Shown here: in pieces, positions 18,720-28,213 of the stretch
Layout: each line of letters opens with the position of its first letter
Position numbering within the stretch: position 1 is the stretch's first letter
Assembly (NCBI GenBank): GCA_963758495.1
Contig: CAVWVI010000003.1
Location: 1,536,001-1,600,000 of the forward strand
Direction: 5' to 3'
DNA: 64,000 nt
DNA from: Oligoflexia bacterium
GTDB lineage: Bacteria > Bdellovibrionota > UBA1018
Made by a program: the position numbers and the translations under genes
Notes under the pieces: generated by a model
Databases searched by the model: none
The model's input: the letters and a program-made list of their open reading frames with translations, nothing else
Told to the model about the DNA's origin: nothing

Positions 18720-19385
18720 TTATTGTAATTTGTATTCGACAGGGATTTTCAATATCAACTCATGGAGCTTAAGCTCCATGGGAATGACTGGAAATGCCTT
18801 AATTCTCTGAATTGCATCGAGCGATGCTTCATTCAAATCAGAAAATGGAGAAGGTTCACGAATCTTCACGTCGAGGACATCCCCATTCTGGCCCAACTTA
18901 AGAGTGAGAATAACACGCCCTTGTTGCCCGCGTCGTTGGGCAGATGTTGGATACCTCTTTTTATGATCAATCAAATCAATGACACTTCCTACATAATTAG
19001 AAAGAACACTTGAATAATTCGAAGTGGCCAGCGATGACTCATTCGGAGAAGCAGTATTCTGACCGTGATTGATGGGTTGAGTTACTTGTTTGGGAGTGGG
19101 TAAAGTAGACTTTTCTTGGGCTATGTCTTTCCTGGAAATGCTAGGCTTCAGGACAGCTTTGGGCACTACATTCTTCGCGACAGTTGCTGGCGAAGTCAGT
19201 TTGATCAATGTCACATCAGTGGGGACCACATGAGCTACTTTTGCCTTATCGGGCCGAAGGGACAAGAGCATGAAAATAGATGCATGAAAAATGAGGCTTG
19301 AAATGAAGGCCAATTTGATGAACTTAGTTTTAACTTCCTTCATGACCATCCCCGTATTTAAAGTCATTCCAATCACGGCATCCAT
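18720..19385 (-). CDS. tonB: Energy transducer TonB
   Basis: TM anchor with SLIFH, low-complexity linker, TonB C-domain YPTSAQRRGQQGRV....GDV...I..PS....LNEA. Confidence 0.85.
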   Translation of the reverse strand: MDAVIGMTLNTGMVMKEVKTKFIKLAFISSLIFHASIFMLLSLRPDKAKVAHVVPTDVTLIKLTSPATVAKNVVPKAVLKPSISRKDIAQEKSTLPTPKQVTQPINHGQNTASPNESSLATSNYSSVLSNYVGSVIDLIDHKKRYPTSAQRRGQQGRVILTLKLGQNGDVLDVKIREPSPFSDLNEASLDAIQRIKAFPVIPMELKLHELILKIPVEYKLQ

Positions 19386-19456
19386 TTTAAAGCTCTTTTT
19401 TCTCTAATCGGAGCTGATTCGAGTTTGCACGGAGTCAAAGTAAGTATTTTTTCTCG

Positions 19457-21961
19457 TTGTATAGTTGTATAATGGAATTTCATAACACTCCATTCCTTGA
19501 CTTCCCATTTGTTAATGCGAACTTATCAAATAGTATGAAATTTTCCCAAGTGATAAAAATGATGGGCGAAACAAAAACATCAAATGGGATGGTGGGTTGT
19601 CTTGACGATTTTGCAATGCTTGTGTTTGCTGCGGCCAGTATTAATTTTGTAATTGTATCCTTAATTCCTCATGATGTGATTGCAGATCCTCAGATAGACT
19701 CGGAAACAGTTGAAACTGCCCCTGTCGAAGTGATTTCTGCCTCTCCTCTCTTAGGAAGTGGAATTGACGCAGACAAAGTACCTAATTCTACCCGAGTCAT
19801 TCGGAGTAAAGATCTTACAACAAACGGTGGACCTCCCTCTCTCTCCAATGCTCTCAAAGACCAGATGGGGAGTGTCAATCTCAATACGACTCTTGGAAAT
19901 CCCTATCAGCCGGATCTTACCTTCCGTGGATTTACGGCATCGCCGGTCGTCGGCGTCCCTCAAGGATTTGCCGTTTATCAAAACGGTGTACGTGTTAACG
20001 AGGCATTCGGTGATACCGTGAACTGGGATTTGATCCCTGACTTTGCTATTGATAGTATGAATCTCACCAGCACGAATCCGGTTTTTGGATTCAATGCTCT
20101 GGGAGGGGCGGCCGCTATAGAAATGAAAACCGGTTTTACTTTCCGTGGTGCCCAAGCTGAAGTTTCTGGCGGTTCTTTTGGTCGGGTCACCGGCATCGCG
20201 CAGTATGGGAAGAACTGGGACAATTGGGCATTCTATTTCGGCGCAAGCCCGTCGTACGAAACTGGCTGGAGAGAAAATATGCCATCCAGAATCGATCGAA
20301 CTTATACCGATGCAGGTTATGACAATGGTCATAGTAGCTTTCACCTCGGTTTTACTTATGCAGATAATTCTTTAGGGGGCACTGGACCTACCCCAGAAGC
20401 ACTGCTCGCACAGGATTGGCGTGCCGGGGTCGATTACCCAGGTAGTATTGCCAATAAAGTTGCCATGGTCTCACTTAGAGGGAACACCGAACTGAGCAAA
20501 ACTCAATCACTGCAGGGCAATCTCTATTATCGGAATTTTCACCAAGATTTGACGAATGGAGCTCCAGCCAGCGTGCAACCTTGCATGGGTAATCCGAGCA
20601 ATTTCTGTTCATCTTCCGATAACGGTACAACCTATACAGTTCCTCTGCTCGATCAAAATGGAAATTCAGTTCCAGTTTCTGCAGCGAACAGTCCTGCCTT
20701 TCCTGGTATTGTCGCTTTGGCTACAACTCAAACAGGTTCCTTTGGTGCAGCACTTCAAACGACTTCGACTGCTCAACTTGCCAGCCATGATAACCAATGG
20801 GTCCTCGGAGGCAGTATTGATCAGGGAAATACGACCTTTAATTCCAGTTCGCAATTCGGAAGTTTTGATAGTACTCGGACGGTCATTCCGACGAATCTCT
20901 TTGTCACCTCGGCGGGAAGCTTAAGTAATGTTTCCCTCGGTTCATCTAACACTTATACCGGGCTCTACTTGACGGATACGTTTGATGTCACTTCTGCTCT
21001 CTCTCTAACCGCAAGCGGGCGCTATAATTTGGGTTTGATCCAACTCACTGACCAGCTGGGTGGGCCGCTCACTGGCTTTCATCGCTACGATCGTTTTAAT
21101 CCTGCGATTGGAGCCACCTATAAGATTACTCCAAGCATAACGGCGTTTGCCGATTATGCAGAGAGTAACCGCATACCCACAGCAGCGGAGTTATCCTGCG
21201 CCGATCCAACCCAAAGTTGTTCATTAGCTAGTTTCTTCATTGCTGATCCTGATTTACAACAAGTTGTTGCAAAAACCTATGAAACAGGCCTTCGAGGCGG
21301 CTTTGTGACGGCTAACAAAGCTCGTATTCAATGGAATGCCAATATTTTTCGGACTGACAACACCAACGACATTATTGAAATCGCGAGTCTGACTGTCGGT
21401 CGTGGATACTTTCAAAATGGAGGGAATACTCGACGGCAAGGAGTCGAAACAGGGATCAGTTATCAAACAGATCGATGGAGAGCCTATACAGATTATAGCT
21501 ACGTAGATGCGACTTTTCAGTCGAGCTTAACCCTCAATAGTCCTTTTAATCCTTTTGCTGATTCCAATGGTCATATTCAAATTGTTCCTGGAAATGCCCT
21601 TCCCAGTATTCCTAATCAGAGGTTGAAGGTAGGAGCAGACTACTGGCTGACTCAGAAATGGTCATTAGGAGTGAACTGGACCTTAGTGAGCAGTCAATTC
21701 CTGCAAGGAGATGAGTCCAACCAGAATGCACCCGTACCCGGTTACGGAGTGGTGGGATTTCACTCTCAATACATGATCAAAAAGTGGCTCCAGGTATTTG
21801 CCTGGGTCGATAATGTCTTTGATCGGCATTTTTCCACCTTCGGGACATTTATTAACGACAGCGGGGTACCTCCTGGAAATATTGGTCTAACCCGCACTGT
21901 AAGCCCCGCTCCTCCATTAGGAGCATTTCTCGGGCTACGAGCACAAATGGACTCTCTTTAA
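19457..21961 (+). CDS. TonB-dependent outer-membrane receptor (start uncertain)
   Basis: TonB-box-like PVEVISA; plug motifs LTFRGF, VYQNGVRVN, PVFGFNALGGA; barrel motifs YETGLRG, GVETG, VDNVFDRHF; divergent from tonB. Confidence 0.9.
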   Translation: MYSCIMEFHNTPFLDFPFVNANLSNSMKFSQVIKMMGETKTSNGMVGCLDDFAMLVFAAASINFVIVSLIPHDVIADPQIDSETVETAPVEVISASPLLGSGIDADKVPNSTRVIRSKDLTTNGGPPSLSNALKDQMGSVNLNTTLGNPYQPDLTFRGFTASPVVGVPQGFAVYQNGVRVNEAFGDTVNWDLIPDFAIDSMNLTSTNPVFGFNALGGAAAIEMKTGFTFRGAQAEVSGGSFGRVTGIAQYGKNWDNWAFYFGASPSYETGWRENMPSRIDRTYTDAGYDNGHSSFHLGFTYADNSLGGTGPTPEALLAQDWRAGVDYPGSIANKVAMVSLRGNTELSKTQSLQGNLYYRNFHQDLTNGAPASVQPCMGNPSNFCSSSDNGTTYTVPLLDQNGNSVPVSAANSPAFPGIVALATTQTGSFGAALQTTSTAQLASHDNQWVLGGSIDQGNTTFNSSSQFGSFDSTRTVIPTNLFVTSAGSLSNVSLGSSNTYTGLYLTDTFDVTSALSLTASGRYNLGLIQLTDQLGGPLTGFHRYDRFNPAIGATYKITPSITAFADYAESNRIPTAAELSCADPTQSCSLASFFIADPDLQQVVAKTYETGLRGGFVTANKARIQWNANIFRTDNTNDIIEIASLTVGRGYFQNGGNTRRQGVETGISYQTDRWRAYTDYSYVDATFQSSLTLNSPFNPFADSNGHIQIVPGNALPSIPNQRLKVGADYWLTQKWSLGVNWTLVSSQFLQGDESNQNAPVPGYGVVGFHSQYMIKKWLQVFAWVDNVFDRHFSTFGTFINDSGVPPGNIGLTRTVSPAPPLGAFLGLRAQMDSL

Positions 21962-21984
21962 TCAGAGAAGAATTAGGGAAATTC

Positions 21985-22731
21985 ATGTTTAATCATCGAC
22001 TTGACCAAACACCTAGTAATCGCGTTATTTTGCATTGGTTTTTGCTGAGTTTTAATGGGGGTTGTATCAACGCAGGCGGTTTTCTTGCGACGGGGCGATT
22101 CGTGAGTCATGTGACAGGGTTTGCAACGCTATTTGGAGTTGACTTAGCAAATCGTAAAATTGAAGGAGCAATGGGTATCTTATCTGTGCCTGTTTTTTTT
22201 CTCCTCGGAGCATTTTTAGCAGGTTTGTTAATCGATCGTCCCATACACAAAAAAAAGAAACCTCACTTCGATTATGTCATGGGGCTGAGTTCGTTGTGTC
22301 TTTTTTTTGCCGCCATGGGCGGTGAATGGTCACAGTTTACAACTTTCGGTGGAGTCATTCACCTGAAACAAGTGTATATTCTGTTGTCGTTACTCTGCCT
22401 TGCCTGTGGCCTTCAAAACGGGGCGATCACATCATCTTCAGGTAGCTCGATTCGCACCACCCATCTTACAGGATTGATGACGGACTTGGGGTTAGGATTT
22501 GCCAGGCTTCTTACATTTCAACCTCACAGCGATAATTATCTCAAAGAGACACGGGTTAACGGTCTTCGTAGTGGTTCCATTATCGCCTTTGTTCTGGGTT
22601 CTATTATAGGCTCTTGGATTTTTATTAAAATAGGTCCACGTGGATTTCTTTTTTCATCTTTAATCGCTGCGTATGCGGCTTGGTCCGGAAGACATGTAAA
22701 AATTTCCGCCCATAATGGACCTATTCATTAG
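21985..22731 (+). CDS. YoaK/DUF1275-family membrane protein
   Basis: GGCINAGGF...FVSHVTG and GLQNG...IRTTHLTG repeats; multiple TM segments. Confidence 0.85.
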   Translation: MFNHRLDQTPSNRVILHWFLLSFNGGCINAGGFLATGRFVSHVTGFATLFGVDLANRKIEGAMGILSVPVFFLLGAFLAGLLIDRPIHKKKKPHFDYVMGLSSLCLFFAAMGGEWSQFTTFGGVIHLKQVYILLSLLCLACGLQNGAITSSSGSSIRTTHLTGLMTDLGLGFARLLTFQPHSDNYLKETRVNGLRSGSIIAFVLGSIIGSWIFIKIGPRGFLFSSLIAAYAAWSGRHVKISAHNGPIH

Positions 22732-23167
22732 GTTTTAAGAGGAAAACTTCGGGTCCGTCTTGAGAGAACGGGATGCGAAGTTCAATCCCTACGAAAGACT
22801 GCTGAGATGGAGAGAGTGAGCTCGATCCTTGTCCTAGAACATGGCTGTCTAGAAATGTCCCCGCATAAGTTGAATCTCCGGATCCTTCTGAATTTGGAGG
22901 GGCAAGATTACTTAACGCCACTATCATTGATTTGTAATTTTGGTCAAAGAAAGTAGCGAGGACGTATTGAGGATTGTCATCAGTGTCTCGTTTCAGTCGA
23001 ACAGTGACCTTACTGTGATCCACTTGAACTTCGGCAGAGTGACCACCGTTCTCGAAGGTAGTAGAGAGTTGTTGATCAGAAAATACGTTGTTTAAGACCA
23101 CGAAATTGGCAAATAACCCAATCGTAGTAAAAGTAGTGCATAATTTTAGTTTTATTTCTGCATTCAT
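22721..23167 (-). CDS. Hypothetical exported protein
   Basis: 148 aa with an N-terminal hydrophobic segment; AGGA RBS upstream; preceded by a sigma-54-like promoter. Confidence 0.6.
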   Translation of the reverse strand: MNAEIKLKLCTTFTTIGLFANFVVLNNVFSDQQLSTTFENGGHSAEVQVDHSKVTVRLKRDTDDNPQYVLATFFDQNYKSMIVALSNLAPPNSEGSGDSTYAGTFLDSHVLGQGSSSLSPSQQSFVGIELRIPFSQDGPEVFLLKPNE

Positions 23168-23243
23168 AAAATATTCCTATGCTTATTTATCATTAAGGAA
23201 TGATCGCTACTTTCAAGACACCAAACACCCCTCATTATATCAG

Positions 23244-23260
23244 TGCAGGGTGTGTGCCAG
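23244..23260 (-). promoter_or_regulatory. Sigma-54 (-24/-12) promoter candidate for 22721-23167
   Basis: Minus strand CTGGCACACACCCTGCA = TGGCAC-N6-TGC with GG-N10-GC spacing, about 77 bp before the ATG. Confidence 0.65.
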
Positions 23261-23335
23261 GCCACGCAAGCGCAATTTGCGCTTAAACTTCAACGAATTT
23301 CTGAAAGTCATCGTCAAATTAAGACAAAATGTTCC

Positions 23336-23382
23336 AGATATGGGGGGTATTTTGCCTCTCTAGATATGGGATATTTTGCCTC
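23336..23382. repeat. Imperfect direct repeat, candidate enhancer (bEBP) binding sites
   Basis: AGATATGGGGGGTATTTTGCCTC and AGATATGGGATATTTTGCCTC, about 75-120 bp upstream of the -24 element. Confidence 0.55.
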
Positions 23383-23445
23383 GAAATCAGCATAGGTAAA
23401 CTGCGAGTACGATGGTCAACGTACATGCGTATCTGGGGAGTGAGT

Positions 23446-23895
23446 CTACTCCTTTTGTTGAAGCTTAAGATTGATATTCTCTCCACCATGAATTAATTCC
23501 ATGGGTCCTACCACTTGATAATAACGAGAGCCAGATACCAAATGATAAGTCATGTTTGGATCAGCGATAAATTCAAAGTCACCTTTGGCGGTAGTCCTGG
23601 ACTTACTCATTTCATTTCCATCCTTGTCAGTCAGAATCAGAAGCGAAGACACGCAGGGCCCAGAAAATGGATTGGCTGTGCTCTCAATCACCGTGCACAG
23701 CCCCCTAATAGTTCCAGGGTTCTTCGTAGCTTTTCCTAAATTGAGTTTCTTGCCGCTCCCTCGACGTCTAACTCCCATTCCGGGGTTGTTGTCAGGTTCT
23801 TGACTGGTACTTGAATCACTGTCAGCATAGGCTTTTGTGTTTAGATAGGTAAAGAAAAAGCTCATTATTAAAAAAAGAATAATAAAATTTCTCAT
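23446..23895 (-). CDS. Hypothetical secreted protein (prealbumin-like or carboxypeptidase-regulatory-like beta domain)
   Basis: Signal peptide (..KAYA-D); LTDKDGNEMSKSRTTAKGDFEF...YHL pattern; GGAG RBS. Confidence 0.6.
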   Translation of the reverse strand: MRNFIILFLIMSFFFTYLNTKAYADSDSSTSQEPDNNPGMGVRRRGSGKKLNLGKATKNPGTIRGLCTVIESTANPFSGPCVSSLLILTDKDGNEMSKSRTTAKGDFEFIADPNMTYHLVSGSRYYQVVGPMELIHGGENINLKLQQKE

Positions 23896-24004
23896 TGGAA
23901 TCTCCCCGTACGTTATTAGAATTTACTTGAGAATAGTTTAAAGAAAAAGGTTTTAAAAAGAGTGGAATCTTAAATGAACATCTTGAAAATGGGAACAGTG
24001 TAAA

Positions 24005-24685
24005 GTGTCAAAACCTTATCAAGTTCTTTTAGTTGAAGACGATCCATTTATAGCTAGGACTCTTAGGATGAGCCTGTCTTATAAAGGATTTGAAGTGACC
24101 GCCTGTAATTCTTTTCAACAAGGCCTCAATCAATTTCGATCCCATCCGTTTGATGTAATATTATTGGATATCAATTTGCCTGACGGAAATGGGCGGGATT
24201 TATGTCAGGAGATTCGAAAGAACAATGAAACAATTCCGATCCTAATACTCACAGCAAAAATGGAAGAGGAGTCAGCCGTGCAGTGTCTTCAGAGGGGGGC
24301 GGATGACTATATTCGCAAACCTTATGGATCTCAGGAGCTTGCTGCACGTATGATACGTCTCCTTGAGCGAAAAAAGAAAGTCGGTACCCAATTGCTATTT
24401 AGTAGCCTCAAGATTGATGTTCAAAAGCGGATGGCTTGGGCGGGTGATAAGCCGCTCACTTTAGGAAAAAGAGAATTTAATATTCTCACACTGTTAGTGA
24501 AGCGCTCTGGAGAGGCAGTGACAAGAAATGAAATCCTAGACACTCTGGGAGAAGAGGCCGATCTTTACGACCGAACCATTGATTCACATCTCAGTCATCT
24601 CAGAAGAAAACTCAAAAAAGCGGGTGCCATTACGATTCAAATTCTACCGATCTACGGCATAGGATATCGATTGGAAGAGAAATGA
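24005..24685 (+). CDS. OmpR/PhoB-family response regulator
   Basis: LVEDD, LLDINLPD, LTA, GADDYIRKPY, winged helix RTIDSHLSHLRRKL, GIGYRL. Confidence 0.95.
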   Translation: MSKPYQVLLVEDDPFIARTLRMSLSYKGFEVTACNSFQQGLNQFRSHPFDVILLDINLPDGNGRDLCQEIRKNNETIPILILTAKMEEESAVQCLQRGADDYIRKPYGSQELAARMIRLLERKKKVGTQLLFSSLKIDVQKRMAWAGDKPLTLGKREFNILTLLVKRSGEAVTRNEILDTLGEEADLYDRTIDSHLSHLRRKLKKAGAITIQILPIYGIGYRLEEK

Positions 24686-26106
24686 AGCGAACAACTATTC
24701 TTCGTTTCTTTGTCATTAGTTTTATTATTTCTCTCGGATTGGGTTTTGCTTCGTTTCTGGGACTTCGGACTTTAAATGAGTCTTCCATTAGTGAAGTCCG
24801 AAAGCACATGATTTTATATATAGTTCAGATTGTTGAAGGTACTCAGTATTCTGAATCAGTTCAAGACTATCATTTCCGGAGAAATGGCCTTTCTTTTGGA
24901 TCTGATTTGTGGGTTCTATCGGGACAAGGAATTGTCATTGCATCAAATTCCAATGCCGCTATTCCTATTTATTGGAACACGGTTAAGAAGCCAGTGAATG
25001 TTCATGATTTTATTTTTCTTTATCGCCCCTTCAGACTGGTTTCCGATTTAACTTTGGTGAAGCTGGACAAAAAAGAGACGACTTATCTTTTAATTGGATC
25101 ACGTCATCAACCTTCTTTAGGGGGGCCTCTTTGGGTTCAGATCTCATTCTTGTTTTTCGTTGCGGGGTTAGCCGTCTTGATTGCAGTAATATTCCTATTT
25201 ACCTATTTTAGAAAAAAATCACTGGAAGCAAGAATTGTTTTATCGCGTTTAGAAAAAGGTGATTTGAAGGCTCGATTTGATATTAAACGAGTGGATGAAA
25301 TTGGCAGTCTGATGGTTGATTTTAACCGGATGGCCTCTGAAATAGAAAGGCTAGTGTATCGGATTGAGGAGACGGAAAAAGCGAGAAAGAATCTGTTGGA
25401 GGAGTTGAGTCATGATGTGAGGACCCCCCTGACAAGTCTTAAAATGGCAATAGAAACTCTTTCTGAACATTTGGATGAAATGCCAAAGGAGGAGCAACGT
25501 GATTTTTTGAAAATCGGTCAAGCTGAGTTGAATTATTTTCTTAATTTGATTGATGACCTATTTTTTGTAGCAGATTTAGGTGAGCCTCGTTACAAGAAGA
25601 CAGCGCGTAAAGTTGATTTGGAAATTCTTCTTCAAGAAGAGATAGCGGCTCGACAGTCGCAACAAAAGATACCTTCTAGTGTGGCCTCGTCCTTACCCAA
25701 GGGAAAACGGATTTACTGGAAACTCAAAAAGGAGAACACGGAGGGCGATGAAGACGGAGAGATCTTGGGTGATCCACTCCTCCTTCAAAGACTTATCAAA
25801 AATGCTTTGGATAATGCGGCTAAGTATACTGTGGCTTCAGTAGTTGTTAAAATGCATACAAAAAAGGAAAGTGTCATTCTCAGAATTGAAGATGACGGCC
25901 CAGGCATCACAGATGGAGCCATTTCAAAATTTGGTCAGAGAAAAAAATATCGCTTAAGTAAAATGGATCGTGACTATTCTATTTCATTGGGACTTGGATC
26001 GGTGATTATGAAAACGATTGTTGAGCTTCACGGCGGTCAGATTAAGATTGAAAGATTAAATCAACCTCAGGGTACACGTTTAACACTGATTATTCCAAAA
26101 ACCTAG
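24682..26106 (+). CDS. HAMP sensor histidine kinase
   Basis: Two TM helices, DEIGSLMVDFNRMA HAMP, LSHDVRTPL, NALDNAAKY, EDDGPGI, LGLG; ATGA overlap with the regulator. Confidence 0.95.
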   Translation: MKRTTILRFFVISFIISLGLGFASFLGLRTLNESSISEVRKHMILYIVQIVEGTQYSESVQDYHFRRNGLSFGSDLWVLSGQGIVIASNSNAAIPIYWNTVKKPVNVHDFIFLYRPFRLVSDLTLVKLDKKETTYLLIGSRHQPSLGGPLWVQISFLFFVAGLAVLIAVIFLFTYFRKKSLEARIVLSRLEKGDLKARFDIKRVDEIGSLMVDFNRMASEIERLVYRIEETEKARKNLLEELSHDVRTPLTSLKMAIETLSEHLDEMPKEEQRDFLKIGQAELNYFLNLIDDLFFVADLGEPRYKKTARKVDLEILLQEEIAARQSQQKIPSSVASSLPKGKRIYWKLKKENTEGDEDGEILGDPLLLQRLIKNALDNAAKYTVASVVVKMHTKKESVILRIEDDGPGITDGAISKFGQRKKYRLSKMDRDYSISLGLGSVIMKTIVELHGGQIKIERLNQPQGTRLTLIIPKT

Positions 26107-26251
26107 CGCACAGCTTATGAGTGCATAATAAAAGAAAAATAAAATTTATAGTCTTCCACAGAAATTACAGATTCTTATCTTATTTTGCAATTAACTTGCT
26201 CCTGAACTTAAGAAGGTGCGAGGAAATAACCTCATCAATTGAAATGGAGAT

Positions 26252-26647
26252 ATGATGAAATACGCAAAAGTAACAGCAACTCTTGGTTTCGTGGCATTCT
26301 GTTTAGCCACTCAAGTCGGATCTCTCGGAGTGGCCAAGGCAGATGATAGCATCCTGAATGTAGAAACCTCCTCCCTGAAACAGCATAAAAAACGATGTAT
26401 AAAAAAAGCATTTCGCTTGGGTGTCTGCGTAGGTGAAGCGCTGGCGAAAGAGGGAATTACTTTGCCGCCTCGCGATTCGACTCATGATCTGACTCGTGAG
26501 GCTGGACAAACATCGACTTGGGATGAGTCAACAAGGGCTGCATTCAAAGCAGCGGTGAAGGGATGTCGTCATCATTCTAGGAAGTTTGGGGATGAGAAGC
26601 TTGAGAGCAATGATTCTTCTGACGTGGAAAGTGAGAGCCTAGACTAA
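26252..26647 (+). CDS. Small secreted helical protein, possible target or modulator of the two-component system
   Basis: Signal peptide (..VAKA-D), GGAG RBS, Cys residues in the mature part, followed by a terminator. Confidence 0.65.
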   Translation: MMKYAKVTATLGFVAFCLATQVGSLGVAKADDSILNVETSSLKQHKKRCIKKAFRLGVCVGEALAKEGITLPPRDSTHDLTREAGQTSTWDESTRAAFKAAVKGCRHHSRKFGDEKLESNDSSDVESESLD

Positions 26648-26690
26648 AAAAAGAAGAAGTAGCTGAACAAACGGTAATGGACAAACAGTA

Positions 26691-26732
26691 AGGGATAGAG
26701 CAGTAAATGGGGCTCTATCCCTCATTTTTTTT
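26691..26732 (+). terminator. Rho-independent terminator
   Basis: 11-bp stem AGGGATAGAGC/GCTCTATCCCT followed by CATTTTTTTT. Confidence 0.8.
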
Positions 26733-26910
26733 AAAATCCTTGTGTTTCTGGTCCAATTATTTATTTTATTTCATTTTGTGTGATGATCATACATGATCCT
26801 TCGGAATTGGAGGGTGGGATCTTTCTTTTTCAACGGCTTGTATTCTACATAAATAAACAGACCGGAAGGGGCATTTCTTAGGCGGCCCTTTCTGTTTAAG
26901 GGTATTGCTA

Positions 26911-26927
26911 CTGGCACATACTCTGCA
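26911..26927 (+). promoter_or_regulatory. Sigma-54 promoter candidate for the methyltransferase
   Basis: CTGGCACATACTCTGCA, GG-N10-GC; predicted +1 at about 26938, so the leader would be very short. Confidence 0.55.
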
Positions 26928-26945
26928 AGATTCATCAGGATAATC

Positions 26946-27839
26946 ATGACCAAATTAATTCCAAATCATAGCAAAATTAGTCCGACGGCGAAGATGGTAG
27001 CTTATTGGCGTCAGTTTAGTGATATTCCATTTGCTTATGAAGTAGCAAAACTGGTCCATGCAGAAGAAGTCTTTAAATTATTTTTAAAAGATACAAACGT
27101 ATCTATTGAAAGTATGTCTTGGTTTGCTCCCATGATTGAGGCTCGGTACAAAAGCATGATCCATATGATCCGCCGACAAAATATCAAACAGATTTTGGAA
27201 CTGGCCAGCGGAGTATCCTTGCGGGGTTTGGCCATGACCTCCGACCCGGAAGTCGTCTATGTTGAAACGGATCTTCCAGAAATGTCCGCGGAAAAAAAAG
27301 CTATTGTACAAAAAATCCGCAAACAGAAAAGCATTCCAGAAAGAAAGAATCTTTTCTTCCGAGAAGTGAACATCTTAAACTTGAACGAGCTTGAAGAAGC
27401 AACGCTTCCATTTTTTGATAATAACCCCATTGCGATTATTCATGAGGGACTTTTTCAGTATCTTTCTCTTGAGGAAAAGAAATTGGCAGCTACTCATATT
27501 CATTCCCTACTCAAAAAATTTGGAGGAGTATGGATTACGCCGGATCTAAATACCAAGGAAGAAATCGATGAACAATGGAATTGCTCCAATTCTATAAAGC
27601 AACTCACAGAAAGTGTAAAAAACTTTACTCAAAGAGATTTTAGAGAAAATGCATTTGAAAACAAGGCGCACATTCAAGACTTTTTTGAAAAAATGGGTTT
27701 TGAGATTCAAGAGTTTCCACAAATTGACAATAGTTTTGATCTTACGTCAATCAAGGAGCTTCATGTTCCACAAGATACTTTAAGAACCCATACTGCATAT
27801 CTTAAAATCTGGATTTTACGTGCCTTACCTATTTCATGA
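26946..27839 (+). CDS. Class I SAM-dependent methyltransferase (leucine-carboxyl-methyltransferase-like)
   Basis: ISPTA...AYWR, EARY, QILELASG (motif I), YVETDLP, IHEGLFQYL. Confidence 0.85.
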   Translation: MTKLIPNHSKISPTAKMVAYWRQFSDIPFAYEVAKLVHAEEVFKLFLKDTNVSIESMSWFAPMIEARYKSMIHMIRRQNIKQILELASGVSLRGLAMTSDPEVVYVETDLPEMSAEKKAIVQKIRKQKSIPERKNLFFREVNILNLNELEEATLPFFDNNPIAIIHEGLFQYLSLEEKKLAATHIHSLLKKFGGVWITPDLNTKEEIDEQWNCSNSIKQLTESVKNFTQRDFRENAFENKAHIQDFFEKMGFEIQEFPQIDNSFDLTSIKELHVPQDTLRTHTAYLKIWILRALPIS

Positions 27840-28213
27840 GTTTTATTAAAATATGAATCCAACAGCCCATATAGAGGAGCTGGATTAAAATACTCTCCCG
27901 CTCCTCCTGGGTAAAAAGATTGACTAATGCTGAGTCAAGATGCAACCCTCGCGGATACTGAGACTACTCGTTCAGTTGCTGCTGGAGGATTAGGGTCAAC
28001 GGTAAACTCAGGACTCGCTTGAAAGATCTCCAGATTTAGCAAGAAGTAGGCCGTCAGGTTTGAGCTGAAAATGAGTGCTCAAACCTGAAAAACAATGGAA
28101 ATTAAATTTCAAATTATTATCTAGGTTAAATATTGTAATCTTTATCCAAAAAAAGCTATAAAATGAATTAAGCAATGTTTCAATTAAAGAAGCTAGCCGC
28201 TTAACCTGTCTCT

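Noticed and set aside
19751..20344. 197-aa minus-strand ORF
   Set aside because: Entirely antisense to the TonB-dependent receptor plug region.
24005..26106. OmpR-type pair as the missing KdpE/KdpD
   Set aside because: It lies about 17 kb from the kdp promoter, has no KdpD features, and the kdp operon has its own adjacent regulator and sigma-54 site.
27850..28022. Short ORF-like stretches in the intergenic gap (e.g. MLSQDATLADTETTRSVAAGGLGSTVNSGLA)
   Set aside because: No convincing RBS or recognisable motif.
28054..28088. Perfect 12-bp hairpin TCAGGTTTGAGC/GCTCAAACCTGA between convergent genes
   Set aside because: No U-tract follows on either strand and it is single-copy, so it cannot be called a terminator, REP or ncRNA.
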